NCBI GenBank assembly: GCA_044892505.1
Contig: CM097883.1
Location: 314,588,001 to 314,652,000, forward strand
Direction of reading: 5' to 3'
Source: Schmidtea nova
Taxonomy: Eukaryota
Length of the DNA: 64,000 nucleotides
Below, in pieces: positions 31,559 through 44,467 of this stretch (its first letter is position 1; every line of letters begins with the position of its first letter). Below the pieces are notes generated by a model that had not been told where the DNA came from, searched no databases, and saw nothing but the letters and a program-made list of their open reading frames with translations. The position numbers were made by a program, and so were the translations under genes.

Positions 31559-33799
31559 ATATTGATCTATTTACAAAAAAATGGCAGTTTGTTTTAATAA
31601 CATAACGCCTTGCAGAATTGTGAATTTGAATAATATAAAGCATTTTTGAATCAGAATTCGAATAATATAATGCATGTTAAGAAGATGAATTCAAATAAAG
31701 AAATGCAAGCTGCACCTATTAAAACCCAACGCAAACCCAGAAGTTTTTGGAGAGTTATAAAGAAAAAGAACCAGTTTATATCAATAATAAATATTTTACT
31801 GATATTTTATTTCGATTTAATTTTGTACCTAAATCAGTCAAACACAGAATTGGGTACCAAAATTACGAGCCCCACAATGTATATTATTTCATTAAAAAAC
31901 CTCATAAAAATGAGAAATGATCTATACATCCATATTTGCAATTAAGTTAATCATTTCAATCAATAACATCGCCTACATCAAATACTACATTTGGAAAATT
32001 TACATAAATATCTTTTCATCTATAGTTGCAATTAAATTAATCGTTTCAGTCAATAAATTCACCTATCAACTTACAAATTATATAGCATAAATTACTCTAC
32101 CTATAAAATTTGATATTTCACTCAATAAAACCATCAAGATTAGTTCGTAGGAAAAATCAATTAAATAAGATGTCTAGAATCCTATTAAATATTTTTACTC
32201 ATTAAGACATCGAGTAGTTTCAAAAATATTTGTTAAGATCCTATTTTGCGCTCATAAAGTTGAATTGTAAAATTGGTTTACCTGCATAGTTGTGAATAAA
32301 GTTTTCATAATACCTCCATTTCTAAAACTATTTTCAACAGTTCGGTTACTAAAATTACTTAAAAAATAAAAGTTATTACCTCAGACCATACCATTCCATT
32401 GACGGCCCTTATTAAAACGTCTAAAATGAACTGAACAAATCGATAAGAGTTTATGAAATTTAATAAAGTCAACTTACTAGTCAAGAATAAGTCTACCAAA
32501 TGCAAAATTCCCGATAATAATTTTATTATATTTTTGGACCAGCCAAATAGGGCTAAATACTGCAAATAAATAAGAAGAATAAATATGTAAATAAATTTAA
32601 TAGTAATAAATTACCCGGAACATCAGGAAATCTGAAATAAAAATAATTGTAGCAAAAGAGGTTAACAAGAAAAAGAAATACCTACCAAGATAATAATAAT
32701 AACCTACACAGAGTTGGCAGAGCCTAAACATAAAATAGAATTAATTACCTAAAATATAAATAAAAATTACAATTATAATAAATCACATGAAAGTCCAGAA
32801 AAGAACCTAAATTATATAAATAGGAATCAAATCGAAATAAAATAAGTAAACAAACAAACAGACCTGTTTATCCGGAGCAAACAAAGAAACCTAAAACAAT
32901 TAAATCAAATTTAAGTAAATATTAACAGCAAATAAAACTTACTTAAAAACCCGAATCCTGAAAAATGAGAATAATTAATAAACAAACAAACTGCCAACAA
33001 AATAAACACTTACCAATTATTGATGAATTGAAGTGTCCTGATTAACCGAGCCAGAAAGGCAAATTAGTATAAATACTGACTCAAAATTCAGTCAGTTACG
33101 TTACCATACCCTGACATTTTTACCAGTGTACTCTGTGAAATTGTTAGCATCAGCAACTTATATTATATTTCGAAATTGTAATATTTGGAACCATTGTAGA
33201 AAATAAAGGTATCATTTTGATATTGTTTTAGTTATTACTTATTTCGGTTAACCCCTCATAAATTTTTAATCCCTCGTAACCTTTTTGATACCATGCTAAA
33301 ATCTATAAAAGCACGTCCCGACGGTCTCACGACCCGAAGGGCGCTAAGCGGCCTCTCGACCCGACCGTCTATGGAGTGTAAGGTGATGTGACGTACTCGC
33401 GTCAAATATTGGTGGGAGTATTGTACAGGGGACATCCCGTGAATACAAGTGATTCAAATGTGAAATTCTAGTAATGAAAAATCTACCCGCGTGCATAGGG
33501 ATCGAAAATTTCCGACAAAAATATATGAAGCCATTTTAGGCAGATGTTTTAGTAAATAGCTACTACTGACCACATTTTATACGACTCACATATTTAACAG
33601 GATTTATGACATTTATCACACAGTAACCATTTGTGTAGTTCCATGCGGACAGCGATTATAACGAAACCTTGGGCATGGGGTATAAAGGATTCTACCATGA
33701 ATTTTCGATATAACAGAACACTCACCATAAATCATAAAAAATTAACAAAGCAAAATGCATTAATTGTGATTCAACAAAACAAATGAAATTTTTTTGTAT

Positions 33800-34400
33800 T
33801 TCATTCAAATTCGTATATCAGACCATCAAGACAGAAACCACATACAAGCATGATCCATTTCATTGAGTGAGAGATAGGCATAGGTGATTGCCACGTAGGT
33901 TGCACGTAGTTTTTCACTGATAGGGTAACAACGCAGAAATTGATCCGCGTCCACTAGTTTCATTTGATTGAGTGAGTATGATGGGAGAATGATGACAAGA
34001 TGAGATCTGAGTCCGCTGGTATTGGAAGGGCATGTTGGGTAAAATTTGGAATGATGAGACCAATTAAACATGATGAGTGAGACGTATCCAAGTACGATTA
34101 ATTAGATTGATGGGTTGTAGTTTCCATAAGCGAAAGTTCACTGGACAAGTGTAAAGCATAATGTCTGGATCATTAAATCAAATGGAGCAGTTATTTCTAA
34201 ATCGAATATTTGACTCAAAACGACTAAGCCAACACCCACTTGGAAAAGTTATTAACTGATCGTAAATAAAATTCCTAAATAAACCTCTGTGAAACCAGAA
34301 ATCGATTGTTGACAAATCAAGGAATGTCGATTCGAACGAGGAAATGTTGTCGTAATCAAATCTGATCAATAACTCAATATATCCATCTCGTTATTCATGA
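33800..34400 (-). pseudogene. Decayed unknown ORF inside the plus-oriented LTR relative
   Basis: Protein-like frames at 34178-34369 and 33826-34071, joined through a stop and a frameshift. Confidence 0.35.
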
Positions 34401-34626
34401 CTCCTAATAGCTGTTTTCAAATTAAACTTTTCAGACCTAATTGAACCACATTAAATATTTGTTTAGGGAAAATCCAATCGGAAAGTTTCGTCTTAAACAG
34501 AAGTCGACTGCTAAAAGATTCATTTTTCTGAAAATTCGATCGTAACTTAAACCCGAAACAATATCAAAGAATCCTAGAAAGATAAACGCACAACAGAACC
34601 CAAACAAGATATCGAGACAGCCTATA

Positions 34627-35229
34627 GTGTATTTTCGCAACGGGCTGGTAGATAAACCAGGAGTTTGGCCCCTCAAGGAGGCCCCTTCAACTGTTTTGAA
34701 TAATATATACAAGCAGATGCGAAAATGGAGGCGCGTATTCAAAACTCGAGCTCCATTCGGCATCTGGGAGAAGGAGAGTGAAACCCTATGGTACGAAGGA
34801 GGCTCCCTATGGCCATAGGATCATCACAATGCCTATACAAGAAAATGCTTTGTCGTTCTACACGACGGGGAACACGTTCTTAAATGAACAATATCCTTCT
34901 ACCGGATTCCCGCTCGCGAGCTACACAAACTAGGATATGTCTTACTAGATCGTCCTCGGCATCTGGGCACCGGCGAGTATCAGGAGTTTTCAAATCTCTC
35001 TTTTAAATTTCTCGGAGAATGGCGGCCAATCTCGGATTAAACCAAGCGGATTTGCACCAAGGGAACATTCTTATATAATTCTCGATTGTGCTGGGTACCC
35101 AATCCAGAGATTTATCACCCCAACAGTGTAGCCAAGGACGAGGCCGAGCAGGTCCAGGATTGGACCTGCGACGGAGCTTGCAGCGACTGGGAGTTAGGTG
35201 ACGAAGACAAACTGCTGTTAAAACTGTAA
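34627..35229 (+). pseudogene. Protein A homolog with three in-frame stops
   Basis: One frame reads QMRKWRR...GIW...LWYEGGSLWP*...RELHKLGYVLLDRPRHLGTGE...LCWVPNPEIY. Confidence 0.8.
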
Positions 35230-38200
35230 TTAAAATGGTTTACGTTTAGTGAATAGAAAAATATAAATCATAATTTGAAATTGTCGTTTTACTTTCATGT
35301 CTGTGGTATGCTGAATAATTTGTGCAGTGATTGAAAGGGAGATGAGATTGGAAACCCAAAGTAATGCGAGAATAATGAAAGGAAAGGTAGCAAAGGATAT
35401 GAAGTGATCAAGACTAATTGATAGTACGAGTATGATTGTGTGGGGATAGAATACGTGAAGGTTTGACTGAATGAATGCGCGTGATATGAGAATTATCATT
35501 TCTACACATTTCTACACCATTCGCTATATTGTCCACATAGCATAGATTCATCTGATAATGATTGAAGTGAAGATTCTGCTGCCTCTTCTGACACCATTTT
35601 AATAGTATTGTCCATAGTAATTTATTGTAATTGTAGAATTATTATTCTATTAAGGTGTTGGGCCAAAACTGCAAATTGTTTAAATAAAGCGGAAACACAA
35701 CAAGTAGAGAGCGCGCAAGATCCTAATTTAACCAAAACATCAAGTAAAACCGAGGTTGTTAAGTAAAAACACGCCTAACTATTAAAGTGGACCAAAGTGC
35801 ATTAACAAGTAGAGAGCGCGCAAGACTCTAGTCTAAAGTCCTTTAATCAAAACATCAAGGAAAAATCAAAATGGTTAAAAGAAGCACGTCTAGAAAGTTA
35901 GAATAGACAAAAAACACATCGAATATGCACGTAGAGAACGCATTTACGTTATAAAACCTTATTTGTGGAAATTTAGCATGCTTTTAGAAAGAAGGTTACG
36001 ATCTTATCTTAAAAATTCGTAAAAAGGTAAAAGAAAAACAATTTTGATCAAATTACAACAAATTAAATCAAATTAGAATAAACTTTAATTCAAAAGTAAA
36101 ATTTTGGATTAAAAAGAAATTATTTAAAGTTTTATGAAAATTTGATGTAAAATTATTAATTTAGTTTTGCGGAAAATTGTTGAAATTAACTTCAAGAAAA
36201 TTAAAATCTCCTTCCAGAACAATTTGTTTTAATACCTCAATGGAATTAAAAATGCAGAAAGTTTTATATATAAATACCGCCATCAAAATCTAGAAATTTA
36301 ATGCTATTTTGCAAAAGATTTGCGGGGGAATTTTGTTGCTAAAAATTTTGAGGTTTTTAGCAGGGAAATTTTTACAAAGAATCTCTTATTACTAATATAC
36401 CAGTGTGACTCTACCAGAATATTACGAAAGAAGATTATTTGTGATCGGGAATCGAATTATTCGTAAGAAACTTGATTTTGTTTCCTAATTATAAAGGCCC
36501 ACGAAATCATGCCCTCGCTACCCGGCCTAGGTATTTTTCCTTATTTTAACCTTTTCTACATGTGTACTATATGATATTTTATGTATTCTTTTATGAAAAT
36601 TATAATATTTTATATTCAAACTTTTATTAAATTTCGTCACATTTTCTCAGTTACTAATATCATTTTATTGTTATTTATCATATATATATATATATTTATA
36701 TTTTTTTATGTATTTCATTAAAACCACTTCCATACCCTCTGACATCTGTTCAGGCTTTGAGCCGTACTGGTAAAAGTAGTCTGAGCGGATCGCTGGTTCG
36801 ATTCGTAATCGATCAGTCCATTTTTCCGACTCAAGGTGACACGCCCAAACATCCATGATCACTTCATCCCAACTGGGGAACAGTGGCTTGGCCAAGGGCA
36901 AGGTTTTCATATTAATGATCATCAATTTATATTAATGTATTTTTATTTGAATTATATTTTACAACATATAATAAATTAAGATTTTATATCTTGATGCAAA
37001 TCAACGTTAATTCGTCCAGTGTTATCTTTATTTCCATAAAACTTATTAGTATAAAACATACAGCTCGTTATTCGCCTTCGCTTTCACAAAACCCTTTTTA
37101 TCTCCTCAGAACTTATGATCCAAATGGAAGTTGAAATTGTGAAAATTGTTAAAAACAAATGCTCAAAGATCAATATAGTTATTTAGATCATGACAGAAGA
37201 AGTGAATAATTGTCGATTTATAAAAAGTTAAACCTCATAGAATTATATAAAATTACAAAGATTTGCTCGAAAACAACAGCTCAATGATTATTAGAAATGC
37301 TTCGAACATGTGAATAAAGATTGATTCCATCTATTTGAACTTCATTAAACCGAAGACTTTTGTAAAAATTTATAATTTATTTTATTTTTTTTTAATATAT
37401 AAAATTTTTTAGGTTGAAATTTTATTTAGATTGCGAAATTTTTGGATAAAATTTTATTATTGTATGGATTTTATGGAATTTCAAATTGGATCATAAAAAT
37501 AAAAATTTACTTTTGTAGATACTATATTACAAAAAATTTATAATGAAAAAATTATAAATCAAAATTTTTCCTAGAAATTTTTAAATCAAAAATTATATTG
37601 GAACACATGAAAATTATAAATCAAAAATATTATTATTATATTAAAAATTTTATCATTTTATAAAATTCCAAATTTGAAATTTCGTAGAAAATTTACAATT
37701 GGTATATATATATCCTTAAAATATAAAAATTAGAATTCAAAAATTTATATTATAAAAATTAGAAATTTTATTATTATATAACTTTCATAAAATTATAAAT
37801 TTAAAATTTGTAGAAAGTATTATAAAATTATCATAATTATCTTTTTTCACCTTTGAAAAAAATTTTGAAAAAAATTTTGATCTATAGTCATTATGAGAAT
37901 TATTGATAATAATATTATAAAATTATTATTATTTTAATTCTAAAAATATTTTATATATAAATATATATTATTTTGTATAATACCCCCACAATATCACAAA
38001 AACCATAATACATCCATATTTGCAAATCACAACATCCATTTCATTCATTAGTAACATCCATATATAACACCACATAAAAATCCATTCATTCATCAACACA
38101 CATACTATATAGTTTCACTCAATAGTACCTATCTGCATCAAAACTCATAAAATACACACCAAAAATTCTTTTAATAACATGTGTCTGCATCATACATCCA

Positions 38201-38237
38201 GAATTCCTACAGGCACTCATTTAATGTCACCCATCAC

Positions 38238-41200
38238 CAGCCCTGGATTTACGAATAGGCACACTAGGCACCTGCCTAGGGCGGCAAATTTAGAGGGCGG
38301 CAAATTTAGAGGTCGGCAAAAAATTAGTATGTAACCGATAAGAAAAATTCAAATTTTCAAAAAATTAATTTTTCGTTTCTCTAGAATTGAATATGTAAAA
38401 ATTAATGTACAGAAAAAGTTTATATAATGTCATATTCATCGTTTTGTATGTATATGTATATAAAAATGTTTATGTTTAAATGAATACAACACCATATCAA
38501 ATTGAAAAAATAAATTCAAATTCAAATATTTTTTGTTCTAGTAGGCATAGACATTGGTATATTTGTTTTGTTATTGACAATTATTGACAATTATTGACAA
38601 CTTATTGTAGATACATAAGAAAAACATAATTTTATGCGTTTGTGTCCACTTGTGCCATTCATAAGTTGTTATTGGAGTCAAGCAGTCAAGAAATTCTTTT
38701 TGTTTGTAATTTATTAAGAAAGGCTACTGTTTTTTATTGCTGATTAATCTTAGTTTTCTCGCGGTTATATTTGCGTAAGTTTGCTTTCTCTGTTCAAATA
38801 TAAGTTTTCAAATTCATTTTGAAATTTTTTTTTAATCTTATTTAATTAAAATAAAGTTTTTATTCAGCTATTGAAATGAGTGACGGAAGGAAGAGATTAA
38901 GTGGTGCGAAGTATCGTCAGGAGGCCAAAGAGAAATTGGCAAAACAAAGAAAAATTATTGAACAATCTACGAAAATACAGTCGTACTTTAACATATGCTC
39001 AAGCTCAGGTGCTAATGGTAAAAATATTTCAGATCTAAATTTAATAGAAAATGTACCATCTTTGTCCACAGAAAATACCATTATTTTACCAGTTTCATCC
39101 ACAGAAAATACCGTTATTTCACCAGCTTTGTCCCCACAAAACATTAGTTCCAATTCTAGTTTAAATAAAACAACTGATGGTACTGAAATTGCCACAAACA
39201 TTGAAAATACGAACATCAGTACCATGATATCTATAAGTAATGATCCTGGTAATTGGAATATTGACGAATCCTTGATTGATTTTGTTGTAAAGTTTGGTTT
39301 CAAATCCAATAAGAATGTAGATTTCAGTACATCGAAAAAACTATTTGGTGACAAATATCGTTGTTTGAACGTGCAGAATTTTTCGAAAAAATTAAAAAAT
39401 GGAGAAACTCATGAAAGAGATTATTTATCGTATTCAGAGTCTGATAAGGCTCTATATCGTATTCCTTGTTATTTATTTAAAGATAATAGTTCTTTTTCTA
39501 AAAAGGGTGGATGCTCAGATTGGAAAAATATTTCACAATTATTAGAATCCCACGAAAATTCTTCTACACATCGCCGTTGTGCTATGATCATGATTGAAAG
39601 AAGTAACATGAGTGTAAGTGTGGAAACATTTTTGCTCAAAAATTTTAAAAACGAATTAGATTATTGGAAAAAGGTTTTAAATAGAGTTGTCTTTGTCATA
39701 AAGAAGCTATGTAGCCGAGGATTACCTCTCGAGGACACAGTGAAAAATTTTATGGCAATCACAATGGAAATTTTATGATGTCACTAGAAATGATTGCAGA
39801 ATATGATTCATTTTTGAAAGAGCACATACTAAAGTATGGAAACTGTGGTTCTGGAAAAACTTCATACATGTCAAAAAAAATATGTGATGAATTTATTAAT
39901 ATAATTGGAATAGAAGTGAGAAACAAAATAATCAGTGATATAAAAAAAGCAAATTATTTCTCTATAATTGTTGATTCGACACCCGATATTTCTCACACTG
40001 ACCAATTATCATTGATAATTCGATATGTTGATATTGCTAACGGCAAAACAGTGGAACGATTTTTAAATTTTTTCGACAATGTTGATCATAAAGCGGACGA
40101 AATGTTTGAAGTAATATTGAAGTTTTTGGATAAATTCAAATTAAATTTGGCAGATTGCAGGGGACAATCATATGATAATGCAAATAATATGTCCGGAATC
40201 TACAACGGCTTAAACGCTAAAATTTTAGGAATAAATTCACGTGCTATTTTTGTCCCATGTGCTTGCCATTCTATAAATTTAGTTGGTCAATGTGCTGCTG
40301 AGTGTTGCACAGAAGCTGTGCATTTTTTCATACTAATTCAAAAAATTTATAAATTCTTTAGTGTGTCAACAAAGCGGTGGGCTCTATTGAAAGCAAAATT
40401 AGGGCCAACCGAAAAACTACCGAAGTCCTTATCTGACACTCGTTGGTCAGCTAGATCAGATGCCTGCACAGCCTTGTTTCAAAATTATAAAGAGATAATT
40501 GATTTACTTAAAGAAATTGAAAGTGACAATTTGGAAAAAGTATTGACTCGTACTGAAGCTGGCGGATTATTAAGAAAAATGGAAAAAATGGAAATGGCAC
40601 TGCTCCTTACTATTTGGCAAACTATTTTAGAACGTTTTGATAGTGTAAATAAAAAATTACAAACCGCTAATACGAACCTGCTTACTGTTGTTCAGCTATA
40701 CGATTCGTTATTAGACTACTTTTTGGAAATGAAGCAAAAATTTTTTAGATTTCAAGAAAAAGCTTTGACAATTTCGGTTAGCTCTAGTTATGAACAGAAA
40801 AGAAATAGAAAAAGGAAAATGCATTTTGATGAATCCGAAGATGATGAGATTATAACAGATAGTCCAAATGAATTATTTAAAAAGAATGTATTTGATAAAA
40901 TTATATCAGTTTTGATAAAAGAATTACAAAAGCGTAAAAATTCATACAATTTTTTGAATGAAAAGTTTGGATATCTCGAAAATATATGTTCTATTGATAC
41001 CCATGTTATTATAAAAAAACAAAAGATCTGTACGAATTTTATGAAAGGGATTTGGACTGTAACGAACTAATGGAAGAAATTCTTCATTTTAAACAGCTTT
41101 TACAGAAAAGTGATTTATCCGACTCTGAAAGAAGTATCGCAAACCAGTTCAATTTTTTATTTAAAAAAAAATATAATAACGTGTTTCGAAATTTGGAAAT

Positions 41201-41527
41201 CATCTTCAGAATTTATCTGTCACTAGCAGTAACAAATTGTTCTGCTGAAAGATCGTTTTCTTGTTTAAAAAGAATAAAAACTTATCTTCGTTCACAAATG
41301 AAAGAAACCAAATTAAATGCCGTTTCAATTATGCACATCGAACACGACGTTTTAGAGAAAATTGAGTTTGAAGACATAATTAATAAATTTGTAAATCAAA
41401 AAATTAGAAAGAAAATATAAATAAATTTAACTCTTTAAATAATACAATGTGCTTTTTATTTCAATTCAAATTACACTAAAATTCATATAAAGTGCCTAGG
41501 GGCGGCAGATTCTTAAATCCGCCGCTG
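38238..41527 (+). mobile_element. Full-length hAT element (Tip100/ZMYM1-like transposase group)
   Basis: Imperfect TIRs CAGCCCTGGATTTA / CAGCGGCGGATTTA and a perfect 8 bp TSD CCCATCAC (38230-38237, 41528-41535). Confidence 0.95.
38876..41420 (+). pseudogene. hAT transposase split by two 1 nt frameshifts
   Basis: TTF-type zinc finger, GLPL(RGH), DSTPD, GQSYDNANNM, CACHSINL, TRWS, SAERSFS and dimerization domain; shifts near 39730 and 41015. Confidence 0.93.
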
Positions 41528-42277
41528 CCCATCACTAAATTACTTATTTCGCCCAACAATCCATTCAACATACAATCACATACAATCACCACAATAAAAA
41601 TTCATCACAAATCTATGATAACACAAACACACACAAACTTGCAATCACTCCATTTCACTCATTACTACACTCACCATAAATCCATGCAAAATCAGCTCAT
41701 CCAACAATCAACATCCATAGCAAACGCCCTACACAACAAATTCATTCCACTATAATTTCACATAACTTCGCTTGTCTCACTCAACAACACTATCTTCATA
41801 CTCAATCCCTCCACTTACTCACATCATCCATGCAGCATGGTGCATCTAGGAAATGTAATTCAAAAAGTTATTTAATTATAAACTCAAGCAAGCCAATTAT
41901 TTACCAATAACATTCTATACATCAGCCTAATCAGCCTATAGACAAATTATTACGGTTTATAAAACTCCCGTAAAACCCATTCGTCAACATCTCATACCCA
42001 TAACTAACCTTATGGTGAACCCTGTCCATGAAAAGTTCCTTTCGTAAATCCTCTTAATTCCGAAATGTAAATAAATAAATATTATAAATTTTATATATAA
42101 ATTTTATTCTTTATTTATGCTGCGTTCATGGAGGGGTTAGATAAAAATATTCTAACGATGACTAGGGATCCCTCATCCATGATCATGCATAAATATGCGT
42201 AACTTTACACTCGAGCGCCCTTGATTATTTCCCTTGATAACCAAGTTGGTGATGCGCAGGGTGGTTAAACAATGATG

Positions 42278-42347
42278 GGCAGGTGAGCACTATTACTAGG
42301 ACTACTCACCATTTATGTTTACGGGTTCATTGCTGCCGTTGGAAGGA
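42278..42347 (-). ncRNA. GNRA-hairpin structured motif (copy 2)
   Basis: GGCAG...GAACCCGT...GGTGAG TAG TCCTA GTAA TAGTG CTCACCTGCC. Confidence 0.55.
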
Positions 42348-42579
42348 CTTACGCTTTATTTGTGAATGATTTTATTCGTTCCATCTCGTAACATGTACTA
42401 TTCACTTTTATTTGAATATTTGAGGTTCAGTTATTTATTTGCGTCTATTCACTCTCTCGAGGATGAATCTCATGAAGTTTGGAAAATTTATGTCTCTTAT
42501 AGTTATTACATTATCTTTACTTTATTTAATCAACAAATTCATGGAATATCAAAAATGTCAACACGGTATGAAAACTAGT

Positions 42580-43167
42580 TTATTTTTCTAATACATGACT
42601 AAAAATTCCTTCTGGAGGGAAAACCTCATTCAGCAACTCTTCTTCAGATAGCTTGTTCAATGCTTCGATCTGATTCTGCAATTTCAGCGCGAAGAACTTT
42701 CTCTGTCTCCGTCGCTTTTGACCAATTCGTTTACGCCTTGGGTGGATTGATTACCGCCGCCTCGGTTAGGCCTTCGACGTAAGTGCCAATGGAAATTACC
42801 GCCTTCCTCTCGGCGATCCATCCTTGGTAGGCCTGATCAGTTCTTTGAGCTCTCGTTCGATGTACGAAGCCGTCACTGAGTGGAGGCGTTTGCGTAACTC
42901 GATCTTGGTGGCCTCCCACTCCATTCGATAGTCATCTGCCGTCCGCTGCGCTCGCTCGGTTTTCCCGATTTGCTCCTTCATTCGCGCCGGAGCAAACCAA
43001 CTCTTGCGCAAGTAAGCTACTTGTGCCTCGGCTTTAGCTAGTTTTTCATTGATAAGGCCCAACTCTTTATCCTGGGCTCTCCGGATCCTCCACATTTTTT
43101 CTATTTCTTTCTGTGCTGACTCTGCATTCATTTCTACAAATTGAATTAAGCGTAAACCTTCATCCAA
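42580..43167 (-). pseudogene. Protein B homolog with two frameshifts
   Basis: WFAPARMK...RAQRTAD...IRP, then AYQGWI, then RKRIGQKRRRQR...LSEEELLNEVFP. Confidence 0.8.
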
Positions 43168-43251
43168 CGTCTATGTTGATTAGTTTTTAAATTAAAGCAA
43201 ACATCCAAAAATTAATAATTCGAATCTAATTAAATTTCCTATTTATTAGTA

Positions 43252-43761
43252 TCACACAAAAACGTCGTTCTTGAACAAAATATGCAGTCCTCGATTAATG
43301 GCTGCTTTGTGTAGCCCGGTCCATGAAAACCTAGGTTGTTTGGCATCGCTCTCTTTTCTGAACGACCGGAGGGGAATGAAAGCACGAAATCCCAATCGTT
43401 TCAGTTCTCGTTGGGGAATGTGACCCCAATATATCAGCTGGCTGGGCCGTCCCTCTGCCTCGTTCACCAGTATGGTTATTCGTCCGAATTTGTTGGAATA
43501 TCGTCTTCTTGAGATTGGCCATCCCGGGCCTCCTCGGTATAATATGCGGTCCTCATTCCCTGCCCAAATCGAGACCGGACATCGCCGGTTGAAGCCTCGG
43601 CCCCATTTATACATTTGAGCGTTTATTGTACGCAAGATTTGAGGTGGTAGTTCCTTGCATTTGCCGGCTGTGTTCCTCCCATCGATCGTCTCAATAGATT
43701 TTCGGCAATCGTTTATCAACTGAGTTACTTCCGACGACATCTGTGTTATTCCATGAAGCAT
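43252..43761 (-). CDS. Protein A homolog (169 aa)
   Basis: QMYKWGRGF...SIW...LYRGGPGWP...IPQRELKRLGF aligns with 34627 and 13301. Confidence 0.7.
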   Translation of the reverse strand: MLHGITQMSSEVTQLINDCRKSIETIDGRNTAGKCKELPPQILRTINAQMYKWGRGFNRRCPVSIWAGNEDRILYRGGPGWPISRRRYSNKFGRITILVNEAEGRPSQLIYWGHIPQRELKRLGFRAFIPLRSFRKESDAKQPRFSWTGLHKAAINRGLHILFKNDVFV

Positions 43762-44396
43762 TTATCAATTTAGTATCAATAAAGTAATTTTTAAAAAAAA
43801 ACTATGTTCGAGCTATCTCCGCCGTTATGTACCACGGTCGGAATATATCGTTCGTCACTGGTTCCTGCGCTATGTACAGCGATCAGGATAATACTTAAAA
43901 CAAAAATCCCTTTCGAAATTCCTGCGCTATTTACAGCGATCAGGTTAATCTAATATTTTTAAATTGAAATTCCGTCGCTGTCTGGCGCGATCGGAATTCA
44001 ACTAAGTCAGTAGTAGGCGTGTTTTTCGATTTTAGTTCATATTAGATTTAGTCAGATCAATCTCTAGTAGTTTGATGAAATTGACAAATAATTTGTGAAA
44101 ATGGACTTTGGTCTCAGATGGAATTGACTATGTATGACGATCTGAATTCATATTCTAACTTTTGTTTACAACTACTCTATTCCCTAGCCCACGGCTGACT
44201 TGTTCCTCTAACGCTTCGGGTGGAGAGTACTTAGTATCTCCAGGATGACCCTTGCCGACGGGTAGCCCTCTAATTAATACCCTTCTCTTTCGCCGGCCTG
44301 CCCAATGTGCAACCGTAAAGTAGAAAATTATAATCGCAAATCCGTCAGTTAAATTCACTTGTATCATCGAACATTCTCTAAACTAAAAAGGTAAAA

Positions 44397-44467
44397 CCGC
44401 CATGTGAGACCGTGAAGCCCCACAACGACGACTTGGGCTCCCTCGCCGCGTGAGCAGTCGAGGAAGC
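44397..44467 (-). ncRNA. GC-rich structured motif downstream of the LTR TATA (also at 52837-52907)
   Basis: CUUCCU/AGGGAG and CUGC/GCGG stems are shared by both copies and need G-U pairs that exist only on the minus strand. Confidence 0.45.

Larger units (their letters stand above)
32288..35500 (+). mobile_element. Diverged relative of the element 1 LTR (plus orientation, partial)
   Basis: AGTTG start, shared ATTTGGCTGG.CCAA block, GTATAAATACTGA TATA at 33068, TCAGT, and a protein A homolog. Confidence 0.65.
35656..41830 (+). repeat. LTR-like repeat family B, plus copy, interrupted by a hAT
   Basis: Begins TGTTGGGCCAAAACTG with a duplicated CAAGTAGAGAGCGCGCAAGA. The right boundary is uncertain. 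Confidence 0.6.
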
